Shown here: positions 25,170-38,028 of the stretch, piece by piece
Position numbering within the stretch: position 1 is the stretch's first letter
Layout of the letters: each line of letters opens with the position of its first letter
Origin: Takakia lepidozioides
Lineage: Eukaryota > Plantae > Bryophyta
Length of the DNA: 64,000 bases
Direction: 5' to 3'
NCBI GenBank assembly: GCA_030704615.1
Contig: CM060731.1
Location: 44,950,001-45,014,000, forward strand
The notes under the pieces: generated by a model
The model's database searches: none
Told to the model about the DNA's origin: nothing
What the model saw: the letters and a program-made list of their open reading frames with translations, nothing else
Made by a program: the position numbers and the translations under genes

Positions 25170-28100
25170 TCATATTTGAGCCTCTACTCCAGTGAGGAGG
25201 GAGTGGATCCCAAAGATAATAAATAGAATGCCACCACACAGAGCAACCTGCACATCACAACATGCCAACTAATGTTCAAGAGCCCACCTGGACCAGACAA
25301 TACCAACGATCTTAGAAGCCGCCCCCTTGACTTAATAGAGACCACTCAGTCCATTGTGGACGAGCAAATTCAGATCTATTACGGATAGGGTTCTATACCT
25401 GTATCATGCAACGACTGGGAGTCCCTAACTAAAATCTCTGTAAAAGCTGCATCCTCGTTGATCAGCCGTCTCAGTACTACTCCTTTGTCAACTGTAAGAA
25501 GATGTTGCTCAAGCTTTTGATTCAGTTGGGGAATCCTGCGTTTTGTCAGGCTAACTTCAAAGAAACAACTGACTGAAAAAGTGACTTCAAACTGTGATGT
25601 TGGCACAACTCTTTTCAAAGTCTACCTGTTCAAAGAGTCTATGATTGTCCTAGATAATTTGATGAGAAAGGTAAGCAGGACATACTGTTCTCTCAGATAT
25701 CCGAGAAGCAAGGTGTTTGCCTCCAATCACTGCAGCACTTGTGCATAGTGTGTGGCCCCTGATATTCAACAAAGCAAACACTTTTTCCATCAAATAGAAG
25801 CCACTGAATGTGAGGCCTAATTCCAAAAGCCATGCATTTGAATTCCATAATAGAGAGGACTTTCCAAACCTTGTTAAAAAAACAAGCTCAGTTCTGACTT
25901 AACAATGGGGGTACACCAGGGCAGGAATATTACAAGATGCCGCCTAATGTCACCCCTGTAACATTCTCCTGGGTTGCAAGTCCTATCGTAGCAATCTGCA
26001 AAGACACAGACACACAGATTCAAAAACCAAGGGTGTAAACCATTTCAAAGTTCACATCCCTTAGATAGGTTACACACACCAAGCAAAATGCCTTGGGTGT
26101 GTCAGGTAAGCCCGTTGAACTAAAAAATATCGTCTGCTTCTCTCCCACTCACTGGTCGGGATGGCAGCATACTCTGGCGTTCTCCTGCACATGTGGGCTC
26201 CATACCCAAAGCCCTTACTTCTGATTTCAATCATGCTAGAGGCCTCACACTATTCATTAAATTAAAGGGCTGGGCTGTGGAGATTAAATCGGCATCCCAA
26301 GGACCCAGTCCCTTGCAAGTGGTGTCTATGGTCGCTCCCAAGCCTTCAGGTATGCCAACATGACAGGTTTTTCCATTCTTTTATTGGGGTCACCATGTTG
26401 TATGCACCATAACCTATCCGGCAGAAACTAATCTAATATGGCTTAAGAAGGTCACAGGATGGTCATACAAGGGTTAGAAATTGACACCCTGCCCTCTTAA
26501 AACTCTTGGAATATCTGCCATGTAATCATGGAGCATGGAACGGCACTGCTAGGAGTTGTAAAGATCCTTCACAGTGGTGGGACTATGGTGTTTGACACCA
26601 TGCACTTTCTCCAAGTATTTGTGAATCAGTGTCAAGATGGGATTCTAATACAAACAACTAGGGGTACAATCCATGGAATATCATCATATACCGAAGTCAG
26701 TCAAAATCTTTGTTTGTTTTGTGCAAGTGGCTCTTACTATGGTATCCTACGTGGTTGTTCCTAAGTAGGGCATGAAAGTAGGACGCCCAAGTTTTTGTCT
26801 CTGGAGTTTGCAAGGTACTTGGGACGGTTGATGGTTGCGGCTTGGTCAGAGGAAGCTGTGTCAATACACTGGCTCCTCAGCTGCTGCTCCCTGCAGACCA
26901 TCAGCAGTGCAGACAAGAGGTCCTTTGAATTGAGGATTACTTGAATCCTCCTTGGGTGCAAAAAGCACTAATTTTCCATGACATACAGGTCAAGAAAAGT
27001 CTGGTGCTGGTGGAAGGATATGAGCATTCTGGTGGGATAGTGGAGATGAAAGTCGGTATTACTGGCAATGAGCCTGATTAGAAGGGCAACCTTGTCATGC
27101 AAAACATTGTTTAGCATTTTTAAGTTTGGACATGTTTCTCTGTTCCTCCTCACTTGTTGCTTCAGATAGACTTGCAAGAAGGTTGTCAAAGCTACTATAG
27201 CACTCCTCTAATAAGGAACCTTTCAGTTTGACACCCTTGGAAGTCTGGTACGAGGGTCAACGATGGAGCATGTAGTGCTGGCAAGAGTTCTTTAAAGATC
27301 CGTCACAACGGTGGGACCACCGTCTTGGCAAGGTGCGGCTTTCTTCATGATTATGTGAAGAAGACCAATGAGCAAATGGTGTGGAGGGCTAAAAGCCCCA
27401 CCACGTCATGTTCATTTGCATTTGCGCAGCATGTCGCAGCCTGGAAGCACGGGGCAAAGAGGTGCATGCTGACATGATGAAGATGGATTTGCACCACATG
27501 CCAGTCAGGACATTGCTTTGCAGGCATGTATGCCAAATGTGGGCAATGGCCCCATGAGGTGTGGTGTGATGGAGTGTAATGGATATGCCCAGCATGGTTG
27601 TGGATCAAGGGAGAATTAGTAGTGTCATGTGATGATTGCAGATATACACAGCATGGGTAGGATGAAGGCTTTGGAGACCTATGAGCATATGATGCGCGGA
27701 AGGATGACAGCCGACAAGTTTCAGCCCCTGATCAATGGAGTCAAAGCATGCTACATGTTTGATCCTCCTTCTGGAGCAAAAATGTTCTGAAAAGAAAAAG
27801 GAGTTTGGGGATCCAGACACACAACTATGTTAGAAAGTGCTCACCTGGCTGCGATCACCCCACTCTCCTAGAAACGTGAGTGAGAATGCCTGCATCCAGT
27901 GCACCAGCACAAGGTCTTGTAAGAGGGTCTGAATTTATAAGCTAGACAGATAGAACCACAGCCTGTTCCAGCTTCACCTTGGTCTTAGTTTTGGGGGTTT
28001 CATCCACAAGTACCTCCAAAAAAATGGGGGACAGAACAGCCGTGAGACCTCGTCGCTGCTTCTTCACAACTCTCTTTGTCTGCATCATTGCCAACATTGC

Positions 28101-31100
28101 CTGTTTCAACAATGTAGAAATTACACAAAAAACACTAGAACACGATGTCAATCCTTCAATCTGCACCATTTCTACTTTCCAACAACTCAAGGAGAACACA
28201 ATTCTGCGTTGGATTGTTTGCACTGGGTGGTACCTCATTCTTTTGTGAGGACTTGTTTGATGTGGCATCATCATCACGCTTATCATCCCCTCCCTATGAA
28301 TCTCCCACCCATCAACCACCAGGGCAAACAGGGTTCAGCGTATGTTGTGGTAAATGACAATGACATTAGCACTGCTAGAAAAACTAATGGGAAGTAACTC
28401 ACAAGGGGAGACAACATACTACCCTGATCTGTGTGGAAGCTCAATGGTTTCTGGCATACAGATCCCAAAAAATGCCAAGACATCCCCATTCTCCTTAATT
28501 TAAAAAGCAGAAGATTCTCTACATGAACCTGAAGAAACAACAACACTCACCAATTGAGCTTCAACTTCTGCCAATTCTGCTGATTCCCTGCACCAACATT
28601 CATAAAAATGTCTTGAGGGGTCAAAACTATGCTGATGGAAAATCCAAAAGAAGGTGTTGTTCATACTGATACTGGAGTTCATTTAGTAAAGTCAGGTCCT
28701 CTTTGAACTACATCCCTTTCTGGTGGAGTACCCTCAGTCCATGTCCACGTATGTGTGTGCAAGAGAGAGGAAAACGGGGGAAGTGGGCAGAGGTGCTTGT
28801 GAGTAGGAGTAAGAAATGAGATAACATGGCTAGAATCAAGTCTGACGATTAAAGGACAGAACTTCAACAAAGCATAGAGATGACAGAGCTTAATACATCT
28901 CATGTGTATTCCCATCCCCTTATGAACGCAAGCCAGATACAAAAAAGGACGGCACTTCCACAAAGCATAGAGGGGGGTTAAGCATAGACGATGACAAGAG
29001 CTTACCCCCCCTCGTGAGTAATTCCATCCCATAATGAATGCAAGCCAAATACAAAAAACAAGAAGGTTGCCCCATTGTGTGTCCATCTCTGAGATATCTG
29101 GTCACAACCGAAGAATTGTAGAGAGAAGACACATGCAAAGGTCAAAAAATGATTACTAGTTGCTACTGATGGACTGTCTCAAGAATCAAATTCCTGTGAG
29201 CTGTAGATGCAAGAAAAACTTGGGATACTTCTACGCACCACTAACACCTTACAAAAACTAATATCTGAAAATTATCTGCATGGGAATGGGGCAGCCAAAC
29301 CCCAGCAGCGGGCCTCTCAGCGCTAGTATTTAAAGATGGAAAGGTAGAAAAGTGATTCACTTGCTGGTAGCTTCTAGTGGCACAGCACGGAAGGATCCTG
29401 CTTGTGAAATATTTATTCTGGGAACTCATTTCTTGCAGTGAAGAAAAACTATCCCTCCCTTTAGGTATCTCTGCATTTCGGGTCTCTCAGCTGTCCTTGC
29501 TTGTCATAATTGCTATTAAGCACTTTGAATTCTAACAATAAACAGTTTTAGAGAGGTAGGAGAGACAACACTGCTAAAACTGTTGTCATCATCTTCCTTT
29601 ACACAAGTGCCAGGCTGGAATCCTAATGCAAGAAAAAGAGAGTGCCAGGGACAAAGGAAAGAACATACCAAATTTGGGGCAGCCCAACCAAAGAACGCTG
29701 AAAACACAGTCATTACCTGTATCATCACCAATAACGGAGTAATGTTCAATCGTACCTTCAGTCGTACCTTAAGCTTTCTTATCGTTTTCTCTCCTCACAT
29801 ATGCTGACTACTTCAGCTTTACAAATATTCTTGGGTCTCACAGGCAGCAGATGCTAACATACTACACTCCCTTCAACTCTATGCTCTCTGAAGAGTTATT
29901 TCCAGCTACCAGACAACACAAGTTCAACCAATCCAGGAGGGACTGCCATCCCTTATGTATGAAGGCAGGTAGAAAATGCAACACCTTGCAGCTTCCACCC
30001 AGGGGCCATACTAACTTGACATTAGGAATATAGCTTTTTCCTTGTTATAATTGTAAATCACCAGGGGATGTCCAAGCAGAGGTGTGGAGCGTGAGAGTGA
30101 ACAAAACGAACGTGGTTGGTAAAGGCCAAAGAATCCACTTACCGCCAGAGCTCCAATTGCTCCAGCAAAGACTAAACCTCGAGGATGCCTCATGGCCATG
30201 AGCTGCACATGGAATCAGTCTCCTAAATGAGAAGGGCACTGAGAAGTCATGCATGCATATTTGCAAGTGAAGCAGGCATCCTACGAGTGTTTGTATATAT
30301 AGGGTAAGGCTGGAGCTCTTTATCCCAATCGTCCAACTAGCCTGAAACAGCCACCCATGACAGTAGCCTGCGCCAGATCCACTGGTCACACGTACTGCCC
30401 AATCTATTCCTTCTGATAACAACCTAGGCACTATTTTTCATCATATTGCGAGACTGATGCCACACGTCTTTGCAAATATGCCCATATGAGTTCAAAAGAC
30501 CCTCCTGACCAAATGATAGGGGAAGATAGACCATATCCAAGGCAACAATAGATATTCGTTAAACGAAGAGACAGAAGACCCTCTGACACCTAGGGTATAT
30601 CTTCTCTAATCCATATCATAGAAAGTCTGACAAAAATATTACAGACTGAAAGAGCAACCTCTGGAAGGCCTACAGCACACAGACTGAAGCAGTACATTTC
30701 ACAATATACATGTAACCGTGCTATGATAGGCAGTTCTGCCAGTTCACTGAAAAGTTGAGTTGTATGGGTGACCACAGGTAGAAAATATTATTGCGTGACA
30801 GTGAGAGAAGTCCCATTCCTTGACATTGACTCCGACAATATGCTTAAATCGTACCAAAGCTGAAATCTAGCTCTGAATTGCACAAAAGATCGTTTGTAAT
30901 GAAATGTATTCACCACATAGGAGAGTCAGCTTCCAAACACCATATTATAAGAAACTACTTGGCGTCGTATCGCACGCTTCTTCAGGTGACTACCTCAAGT
31001 TCCATACAATATCAGGTTAAGCCTTCTTGTTTCAACCAGTACTTAAAAGGGCATCGATCATGGACCGCATTGCGAGTAGGAATGCTGGCTTGTAATGAGA

Positions 31101-31421
31101 TTGTGCAACTAATGAATGTCAGAAAGAAGGTGAGCAACACAAGATTTGAGCAAGAAAGTATGTGTACCGCAGCGACAAAGAAGGTCTTGTCTCCAATCTC
31201 GGAAACAATAATCATTGCAGTGGACTTGACAAACCCCTGCACCTCACAACAACGCCCAGGATCTATTAGCCCTGAAAACAGCTATGTAATGAACTTGAAT
31301 TTACTGATGCATGGTTCAACCAATTAGGCAAAGGTTGAGAATTTCTAGCAATCTTGTGGCATCTAGCCCCGTAATAAGTGCCGACTAAAAGCTGGGTGCA
31401 TCAGACCTTGGGGGAGTACAT
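25170..31421 (-). CDS. GDT1/TMEM165 family (UPF0016) Ca2+/Mn2+ transporter, GDT1-like 4/5 type; start exon uncertain
   Basis: Exons: 31421-31407 (MYSPK, tentative), 31236-31168, 30202-30143, 29716-29669, 29097-29006, 28587-28551, 28293-28234, 28100 (or 28079)-28014, 27889-27845, 25995-25934, 25758-25686, 25247-25170. Both family motifs are present (SEIGDKTF and GEWGDRSQ) and the protein ends GGILFIIFGIHSLLTGVEAQI*. Splice phases are consistent. Confidence 0.93.
27340..27740 (+). pseudogene. Degenerate PLS-class PPR gene fragment inside a GDT1 intron, antisense to the host gene
   Basis: Frameshifted pieces read GLK/PHHVMFICICAACRSLEARGKEVHADMMK, GMYAKCG, NGYAQHGCG, YTQHG and ALETYEHMMR. These are typical PLS-PPR consensus words (MYAKCG, GYAQHG). 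Confidence 0.75.
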
Positions 31422-32234
31422 ATACAGGGTCCAGCACTGAAAGGACTCCGTATTTAAGCCTTGTTTCCAATGTAGATTATATGCATTTGTGCATTGGGAT
31501 GCACGTGTTACCTCTATAATATTTCAAAATCACCTGTTTCTTCAGGGGCTTGAGAGATGGTGGAAGACAAGAGAAGGAAAAAAAAATGTGGTGTTAGAAA
31601 CTTGTCACTGACGAACAAAATCCAATTCTTCAGGACCGACATGAAGGAGAAGTTGAACTTCAAAAGTAAAAAGCAGGGTACGTAGTATCAACCAGAGCTA
31701 CGGGAAGAGCTGGCAAAACTCACCCTAAACTCTTCCTAACCCGGATAGTCCATGATGTCGTCCTCTTCTGTTATGGGACTTTTCAAGGTGTACTAAGGAA
31801 TGCGCTCACCAATTGTGATGCAGGAAGAGCGCCAAAAGAAACAACTCTATATTCCTCTGAGCGGGAAGTACCCTCCCTTTGACGAGCATTTGCTTTCAGG
31901 TCACATAATCCAATCCTAAACCTAACCGTGTGATTCCTAAACCTGCCTCTTTCACAAACAGGAACACCTTTCATACAATCTGTGACCAGGCAGCATGTTG
32001 CTTTAGCCAGAATGCCACCAACCGGAGAATTTAAAGTTCCAGCAGAACTCCTTGCCAACATTGAGGGAAAAACTACGAAAGAACTTGTTTCCCATCCATT
32101 TTTCCGATGAGCATTACAGTCTAGGTAACATCTCTCGAAATCAGAACGTCTCTGATCAAAATGCAAGGAAACAATGTCACAGAGCACATAATGACCCCCT
32201 GAAAAGGATACCGGCTCTTTGCTGTGTTGGACTC

Positions 32235-32236
<2 letters not shown>

Positions 32237-32319
<83 letters not shown>
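32237..32319. repeat. (CT)n microsatellite, ~41 units
   Basis: Perfect CT run upstream of the GDT1 coding exons. Confidence 0.99.
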
Positions 32320-32325
<6 letters not shown>

Positions 32326-34846
32326 AGGAGCCATCATCTGCAGCCGTAAAAGTATTGTCACTCATAACTACAGCAACCCATACACCTAGACGGATTGAGA
32401 AGCCATACCTCAATGAGTGAAAGGCCCATTGCGCCCTAACGGTAAGAGCCCTCTCTCCACTCCTGTTCCTTCCAGGAGGCAGAGAAAGATACAGATGAAC
32501 TTCCCTTTCTGACACTGCGAGGCCTTGGGATCCGATACAGCCCAGCAAAATAAAACCGGCCAAAGGAAGAAGGAAGGTATTGTAGAGATCCACAGCGACA
32601 ATAATCTCTGCAATTCACAGGGACTGAACGACGACTCGCATGTGCTCAGGCAGGGCGGAGGTGGTTGGAAACTTCGTTAGCGTAACAAGACTCACTTACT
32701 CTAAGTAATTCAATTAACTAAGTACCTTAGCTGACGTACTAAATAGGTCTTCAAAGAGCTCAATACATACCAATACAGTACACCATTACACTACGAATAT
32801 AGGATAAATTAGGCGGGATAGGACATATGACCCTCCACCAAGTTCTCCTGTTCACACATTTTCCATTCTCTTTCTCTCATGGCCAGGCGCATACCCTCTT
32901 GGGCCAGCTAATAGGTTTCTCTCCTATCTCTCGTAAGTAACCATCACTGTTACTTCAAGTTCCTTGCTTCTGGCCAGACTGAGCTAACAATGGTTACAAG
33001 CCTCATATTCATTGAAACTGAGGCTGAGTCTTGCAAGCAGCGAAATCTTAGAATCCTGGGCCAGCTTGAAAACGTTCACTAGGAAAATCAGACTAGATCC
33101 GATTCAAATCTGAAGCTGACTCGGTATGAAATTCTGTGAAGGTTTTCAAGGCAGGATTCAGCTTGAAGAAATCAATGGAGCATGCGTATGGAAAACGAGT
33201 CAATAAATGTGTTAGCACCCGCTGAGTCCGTACGTGAACAACATAAAGGAAAGCAAGTTAAGGGAATATACTTATAGTGTAGCCTTGTAGCCCGCTCTTC
33301 CGGCTTGTCTGTACAGAAAATTTAACGACAATTGAAACACTATCTTGCACTTGGAGAATGTTGAGGGAATGTTCTTGCATGCACCACTATCATGGCTTTC
33401 CTTGATTTCAAGAGAACACGCAAGTACAGCAAGTTCCCTACATAATTAGAGCGGTGTCTAATGGCCCCTGGGCCCCCAACCAAACCATTCACTGGCAGGA
33501 ATAATCTCGGGATCTTCTGCCTCCATCGCCGCAGGACCAATGGACAATGGCAAGGTGACAATGGCGAATGAGGAAGCGGAGAGCAGACGTCGAAACAATG
33601 TGTTATGTTCATGGGACTTGGCCTTTCTTGATCAATCCACACTGCTGCTTGTGACCTATCTTCGTGAGTACACGTCCAAGGATTTTATGCTCTTACATGA
33701 ATCAAACAGCTGCCGATGAAGAATATCCGTACGGTCACACACTTAGTCCATTGGCTTACTCGTATTGGAAGAATCCTACCGTAATGATCCATACCCGGCA
33801 AAGGATCCTTGTACACGAAAGTCTTGGGAAGACGTAGAGAAACGTACGTAGTCGGGTGCACCAGAAGTTGCGGAAGAGACCTTCCGACATTACAAATTGC
33901 CTTGCTCGAGGCGGTGGGACCCTTCTAGAAGGTTGCCCTGCAACACATGTCATCCCTAGGTGACACTTGCTTCCCCCATGACGCATGAACCATCCCCTAT
34001 TTAATAGGTCTCACCTTCCTATTTTTATTTTATATCAGTTATTAATTCCACTCCTGGTGTCGGCCCTCCATATCTCTGTGACCCTGCGTAAGCGTTAAAA
34101 AACTTTATGTGTTAGCATAATTCTTACTCCCTACTTGGGTGAATTAAGCAAGCGTTAAGTGTTTAAAAGTTAAGCAGTGGTTACTCCCCTCGTTGTATAA
34201 CGACCATGTATATGTGTTAAAGTGCTCTTATTCACGAAAGATATGTCTCTAGTTAAGTCTCTGATCAAATCAAGTGGGCATATATAAAGGAGCTTAATAA
34301 TAGAAACTCCAGTGAACAAACATTAAGTGAAAGCTACAGGAAACTAAAGTGAAGCAGCTTAATTGTAGGGAGCTCAAGTGGCAACCATTAAATGAAGCAC
34401 CTTAATCGTAGGGAGTGAATTGGGCTTTGACTGCTTTCAGAAGCACGGTATTTCTCCTTTCAAGAACGCGACGTGAGGTTACTGTGAAGAGTGGAGTATG
34501 AGGGACTCTTTGTTTCATACACATGTTTGCAAGAATTGTATTTGCATAGATTGCACTAGATTGAGATTTGTTTCACACCCTCATAGAAAGTGCAGTTGCA
34601 AACTTTATAATACTCTTCGTTATAGTCTTGGTCTAGATTTTGCTAAAAGGAAAAAGAGATTAGCTTGTAGGTGTAGATTGAGATACAGAATTCTACCCGA
34701 TTATTTCTGTATTTGTGAGCGTATTCCACTAAGAAAGGATGTGACTGACGATTCAAGCGATCGGGATGCGGATGGCGACGAGTGACTTTACTGGACATTT
34801 CCGCAACTTTGTAGTTTTGTATGAAGGTTAAGCTAAGGTGATAGAG

Positions 34847-35476
34847 ATGGGAAAAACTTCAGAATTTAGTATAGCACAGAAGAAGGAAATCTTACTATAT
34901 CATCAAAGTCAATATGAGTCCAGAGGTGGTATTACTAACAGAGCATTGACAAAGTGGGCAAATGATAAGTTTCAAACTTCATCATCTGAAATGAGCATAT
35001 CCAGGCTACTGAAGAGAAAAATTTGTTAGAGGTCGATCATAAGTCAGCAACCCAAAAAAGAGTGAGGAAAGCGTGGTGTCCAGAGGTTGAGGAAGCGACA
35101 TTCTATTGGTTCACAGTGCTGCAGGAACAAAGTGCTACATTATCGGATGACCTCCTCATAGCAGCTGCGAAACGTTTTTATAATACGAGAATGAGAGAGT
35201 CCACCGAGAAGCAACTGCAGTTCTCTCACGGATGGTTGGACGGTTTTAAGAAACGGTTTGGGATCAGAGGATTTACACGTCATGGCGAGGATGCATCTTC
35301 AGATAACTCACCGGAAGTATTGCAACGCATGGAGGAAATCAAGACCATTTGCTCCAGGTACCATGTCTCTGACATATATAACCTGGATGAAACAGGTCTA
35401 TTTTATAGATTGGAGCCCAATTGTACTTTGGCTACGCACCATCTTTCTGGTCGAAAGAAACAAAAAGAAAGACTCA
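34847..35476 (+). pseudogene. Tigger/pogo transposase N-terminal half (CENP-B-type HTH and first catalytic D)
   Basis: CPEVEEATFYWF...LSDDLLIAAAKRF...FSHGWLDGFKKRFGI...IYNLDETGLFYR...GRKKQKERL, with a frameshift near 35023. It is cut by the LTR start at 35477. Confidence 0.92.
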
Positions 35477-36486
35477 TGTTAGAGGACTGTCTGGGACTTA
35501 GACACTTATACGGGATCTGTGGGGTACCCTTAATTTTTGCACAGACTGAGACCAACAGGAGCCTTAGGGGTGACAGCAGCGCACTTTAGGGGGGGGTGAC
35601 ACAGCCCGTCACAGCCAACACAGCCGACACAGCCAGACACAGTCAACACAGCCCGTCACAGCCAACACAGCCGACACAGCCAGACACAGTCAACACAGCT
35701 CGTCACAGCTGACACAGCCCATCACAGCCGACACAGCCCGTCACAGCCCGTCACAGTTTCACACAGCCAGTCACAGCTTGACACAGCTGTCACGACCATA
35801 GGGAACGGATAGCCGGACAGGGAACGACTGTGGGGAACAACACCTGCGAATGGAACATGTTAGTTCACGGACAACGGTTAGTGAGGGAAACGGTTAGAAC
35901 AACGGGTAGGAAGATAAAGCTAGAAGCAAGGACTGAAAAATGGATCATTTTTGGAGCACTTCGGGGGGGGGAATCACTGCTGGAAGGAGTGGGAAGGAGC
36001 ACTTCTTGGAGAGACTTCGGACATCACTGGGGGAAAGGAGGAGAGAGTGTATCTCTGAGCAGAAAGATGGAGAGCACGGAGTAGGAGGAGGATCTGTTGA
36101 TGCTTAATGAATGCAGGCAGTAGAATTGTAATGTAGAGCATATTAGAGACTCCATGGCTTCAGCCTGATACTTGATAGATATTAATCTGATACACACCTC
36201 ATACTCACACTGTGTAGAGAGATCTGAGTGAAGCTGTGGAATGAATTGATGAGTTGATGGAATCCGATAAATTGATGAAGCAAACTGATACTTAATTACC
36301 AGCAGTAAGGTAACTAGCTAACATGAATGCGGGAAGGAAACAATAGGAAACACCCCCATGATACACTAGCTGTAGGTCATGACTGATTGTTCTGAGCGGG
36401 CTGAGTACTTAGAGATTTCCAACTCTTCTATCTTGGAGTTTCCGCCTCGGATAGCGAAGGGATGGGTGAGTAAAAGCTGCGCGACA
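35477..36486 (+). repeat. 5' LTR (1,010 bp) with an internal ~10-bp CACAGCC-type tandem array (~35597-35790)
   Basis: TG...CA termini; near-identical to the reverse complement of 44954-45057 joined to 58094-59051. Confidence 0.96.
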
Positions 36487-37074
36487 TTTGGCGACCATAC
36501 TGGGGATCTGGGTCATGAACAACCAGATGTGACAGGCATCTGGTGGGATCATGGTGGATGGAGAATTAAAGAATTTGATGTGAATCAAATTCCTTGTGAA
36601 ACTGAGAAGGAAAGATTGTCCAAACGATTCTTCCAGAGGTTTTTGGAATTGCCAGACGGTTGTAAAGAAAACATTCTTAAGAGAGTGCATGATGCTGACC
36701 CAGAGTGGGGTCTGGAGAAAGGAGTGATAAAGATTTATCAGGTGGCCTGTAGAGAAAGAGCACGTTGGTTACCAACATTGGTTTATGTGATAGCATTGCT
36801 ATCCATTAAGCGAGTAGAGTTTGAAGGCTGGGAGGAAAGAAAGGTGAATGTTTATACTCATATGCATGAAGAGCTTGTACTGGTAAAGAATTGGATTCCA
36901 AAGGATATTTTGTGGATCAAACTCACACCAAGAACAGTTTTTCAGACTTGTTTGCCATATGGTTATATGGTAACGGAGACTTCAAGTATAGCCAAGGGTG
37001 CATTGAAGCTTGAAAGAAACCCAGGCATATACGAGAGATATTACAGAAGAGAGTTTTGGTTATTGCCACATTAA
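36379..37074 (+). CDS. Extra 231-aa ORF of unknown function upstream of gag; the ATG lies inside the LTR and the real start may be downstream
   Basis: Uninterrupted ORF of globular, Trp-rich composition between the LTR/PBS and gag; no motif recognised. Confidence 0.5.
   Translation: MTDCSERAEYLEISNSSILEFPPRIAKGWVSKSCATFGDHTGDLGHEQPDVTGIWWDHGGWRIKEFDVNQIPCETEKERLSKRFFQRFLELPDGCKENILKRVHDADPEWGLEKGVIKIYQVACRERARWLPTLVYVIALLSIKRVEFEGWEERKVNVYTHMHEELVLVKNWIPKDILWIKLTPRTVFQTCLPYGYMVTETSSIAKGALKLERNPGIYERYYRREFWLLPH
36489..36506 (+). promoter_or_regulatory. Primer-binding site, probably tRNA-Arg
   Basis: TGGCGACCATACTGGGGA lies 2 nt after the LTR end. TGG complements the tRNA CCA, and the rest resembles plant tRNA-Arg 3' ends with a few mismatches (from memory). 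Confidence 0.75.
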
Positions 37075-37175
37075 AAGAAATGAAAGACATGGGACATGAG
37101 TGATGAAAGAAAAGCTAGACGCCAGAGATATTCAGCAAAAAGAGAAAGCTATCTGAAAGCTAATTATCCATATCT

Positions 37176-37830
37176 TTGGGAGAGAGGAATAGACATAGGG
37201 AATCATCTGGACCTCTCACACCACTAAGATCAAAGAGTACATCACCCATACCGGAAGAACTAGAGTTGGATGCCACTCCTTCTGTTTCTTTGCAAGTAAG
37301 ATTAAGGGAATTGGTACAGGAAGAAGATCAATCACGAGGTGAAAGATCTGAGGTACATCCCTGGATAAAAGATTTGACAGAAATCTTTGATAAGAGTTGG
37401 CATGGAACACCAAAAGCAAGAACTCCAGTTTCTGAAGCGGAAGGTGAAGAAGGAGGAGAGGATGTGGCAGAGCCAACGGAGAGTTCAGACTCTCCAACAC
37501 CATTACAGTTGAGTTACATGAGTAAAGAAGAAACCCAAGGGCAGAACTTGGAGGATGAAAACAGAGAGAAGAAATTGGAAGAGGAAGAATATGAAGAAGT
37601 AGACCCAACAGCTGAGGTTGAGACTACAACCAGGACATCCCAACCCGTTGGACCTGGATCAAGTGGAGCACTTGGATCACAGGCCAACGAAGGTGTCGGC
37701 TCAGGGGGATCAGGCGGGCTGCCTGGATCAAGCTCTGGGGGGACAGGGAGTGTGGGAAGTAGTGCAACTGAAGCTGGGAATACTGTGAATATCGTGGGGC
37801 CAGAAGCAGGGAGTGCTCAAGGGCCACCAC
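37176..37830 (+). pseudogene. N-terminal low-complexity part of gag, cut by the inversion breakpoint
   Basis: Acidic and Gly/Ser-rich ORF ending GPEAGSAQGPP. Similar sequence (TTTTTGPEGPAPA) resumes on the minus strand at 54893. Confidence 0.75.
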
Positions 37831-38028
37831 TTGGTGGGGCAAATCACACACAGCAGATTGATGCTTGTGTGAAGGGTTTTCTAGAGGATATCTGGAAAAC
37901 CCGGATTAATTCCTTATACGATGGTAAGTCTTACTACCAACGTCAGCCCTGTTCCTTTTGTTCCCACTGAAACTGGGCGCGGGGTCAATGGCCACAAGGC
38001 TACGGCAAACAACGTCTTATGAGTACAA
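37831..38028 (+). mobile_element. 3' end of the LINE whose body lies at 54894-57392 (-)
   Basis: [30 protein letters not shown] plus the 3' UTR GGGGTCAATGGCCACAAGGCTACGGCAAACAACGTCTTATGAGTACA, which matches the intronic copies. The TSD TCTCATCCTTAT follows at 38029-38040. Confidence 0.92.

Noticed and set aside
31783-32420. ERERER and SLSLSL ORFs
   Set aside because: These are translation artefacts of the (CT)n microsatellite.
32324-32593. Signal-peptide-like ORF as the GDT1 first coding exon
   Set aside because: It starts at GTG with an in-frame stop just upstream and no ATG, and I could not splice it in frame to the conserved exons.
35477-35589. C-terminal tail of ORF 35023..35589 (MLEDCLGLRH...)
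   Set aside because: This is read-through into the LTR; the true transposase continues at 59057.
35597-35790. CACAGCC arrays (also 58125-58355 and 49360-49530) and the 62919-63330 palindromic array as CRISPR-like loci
   Set aside because: There are no unique spacers and no cas genes, and the context is eukaryotic. The CACAGCC arrays are internal parts of the LTR element.
37176-37970. 264-aa ORF as a real gene
   Set aside because: It is a chimera of the gag N-terminus and the LINE C-terminus created by the inversion junction at 37830/37831.
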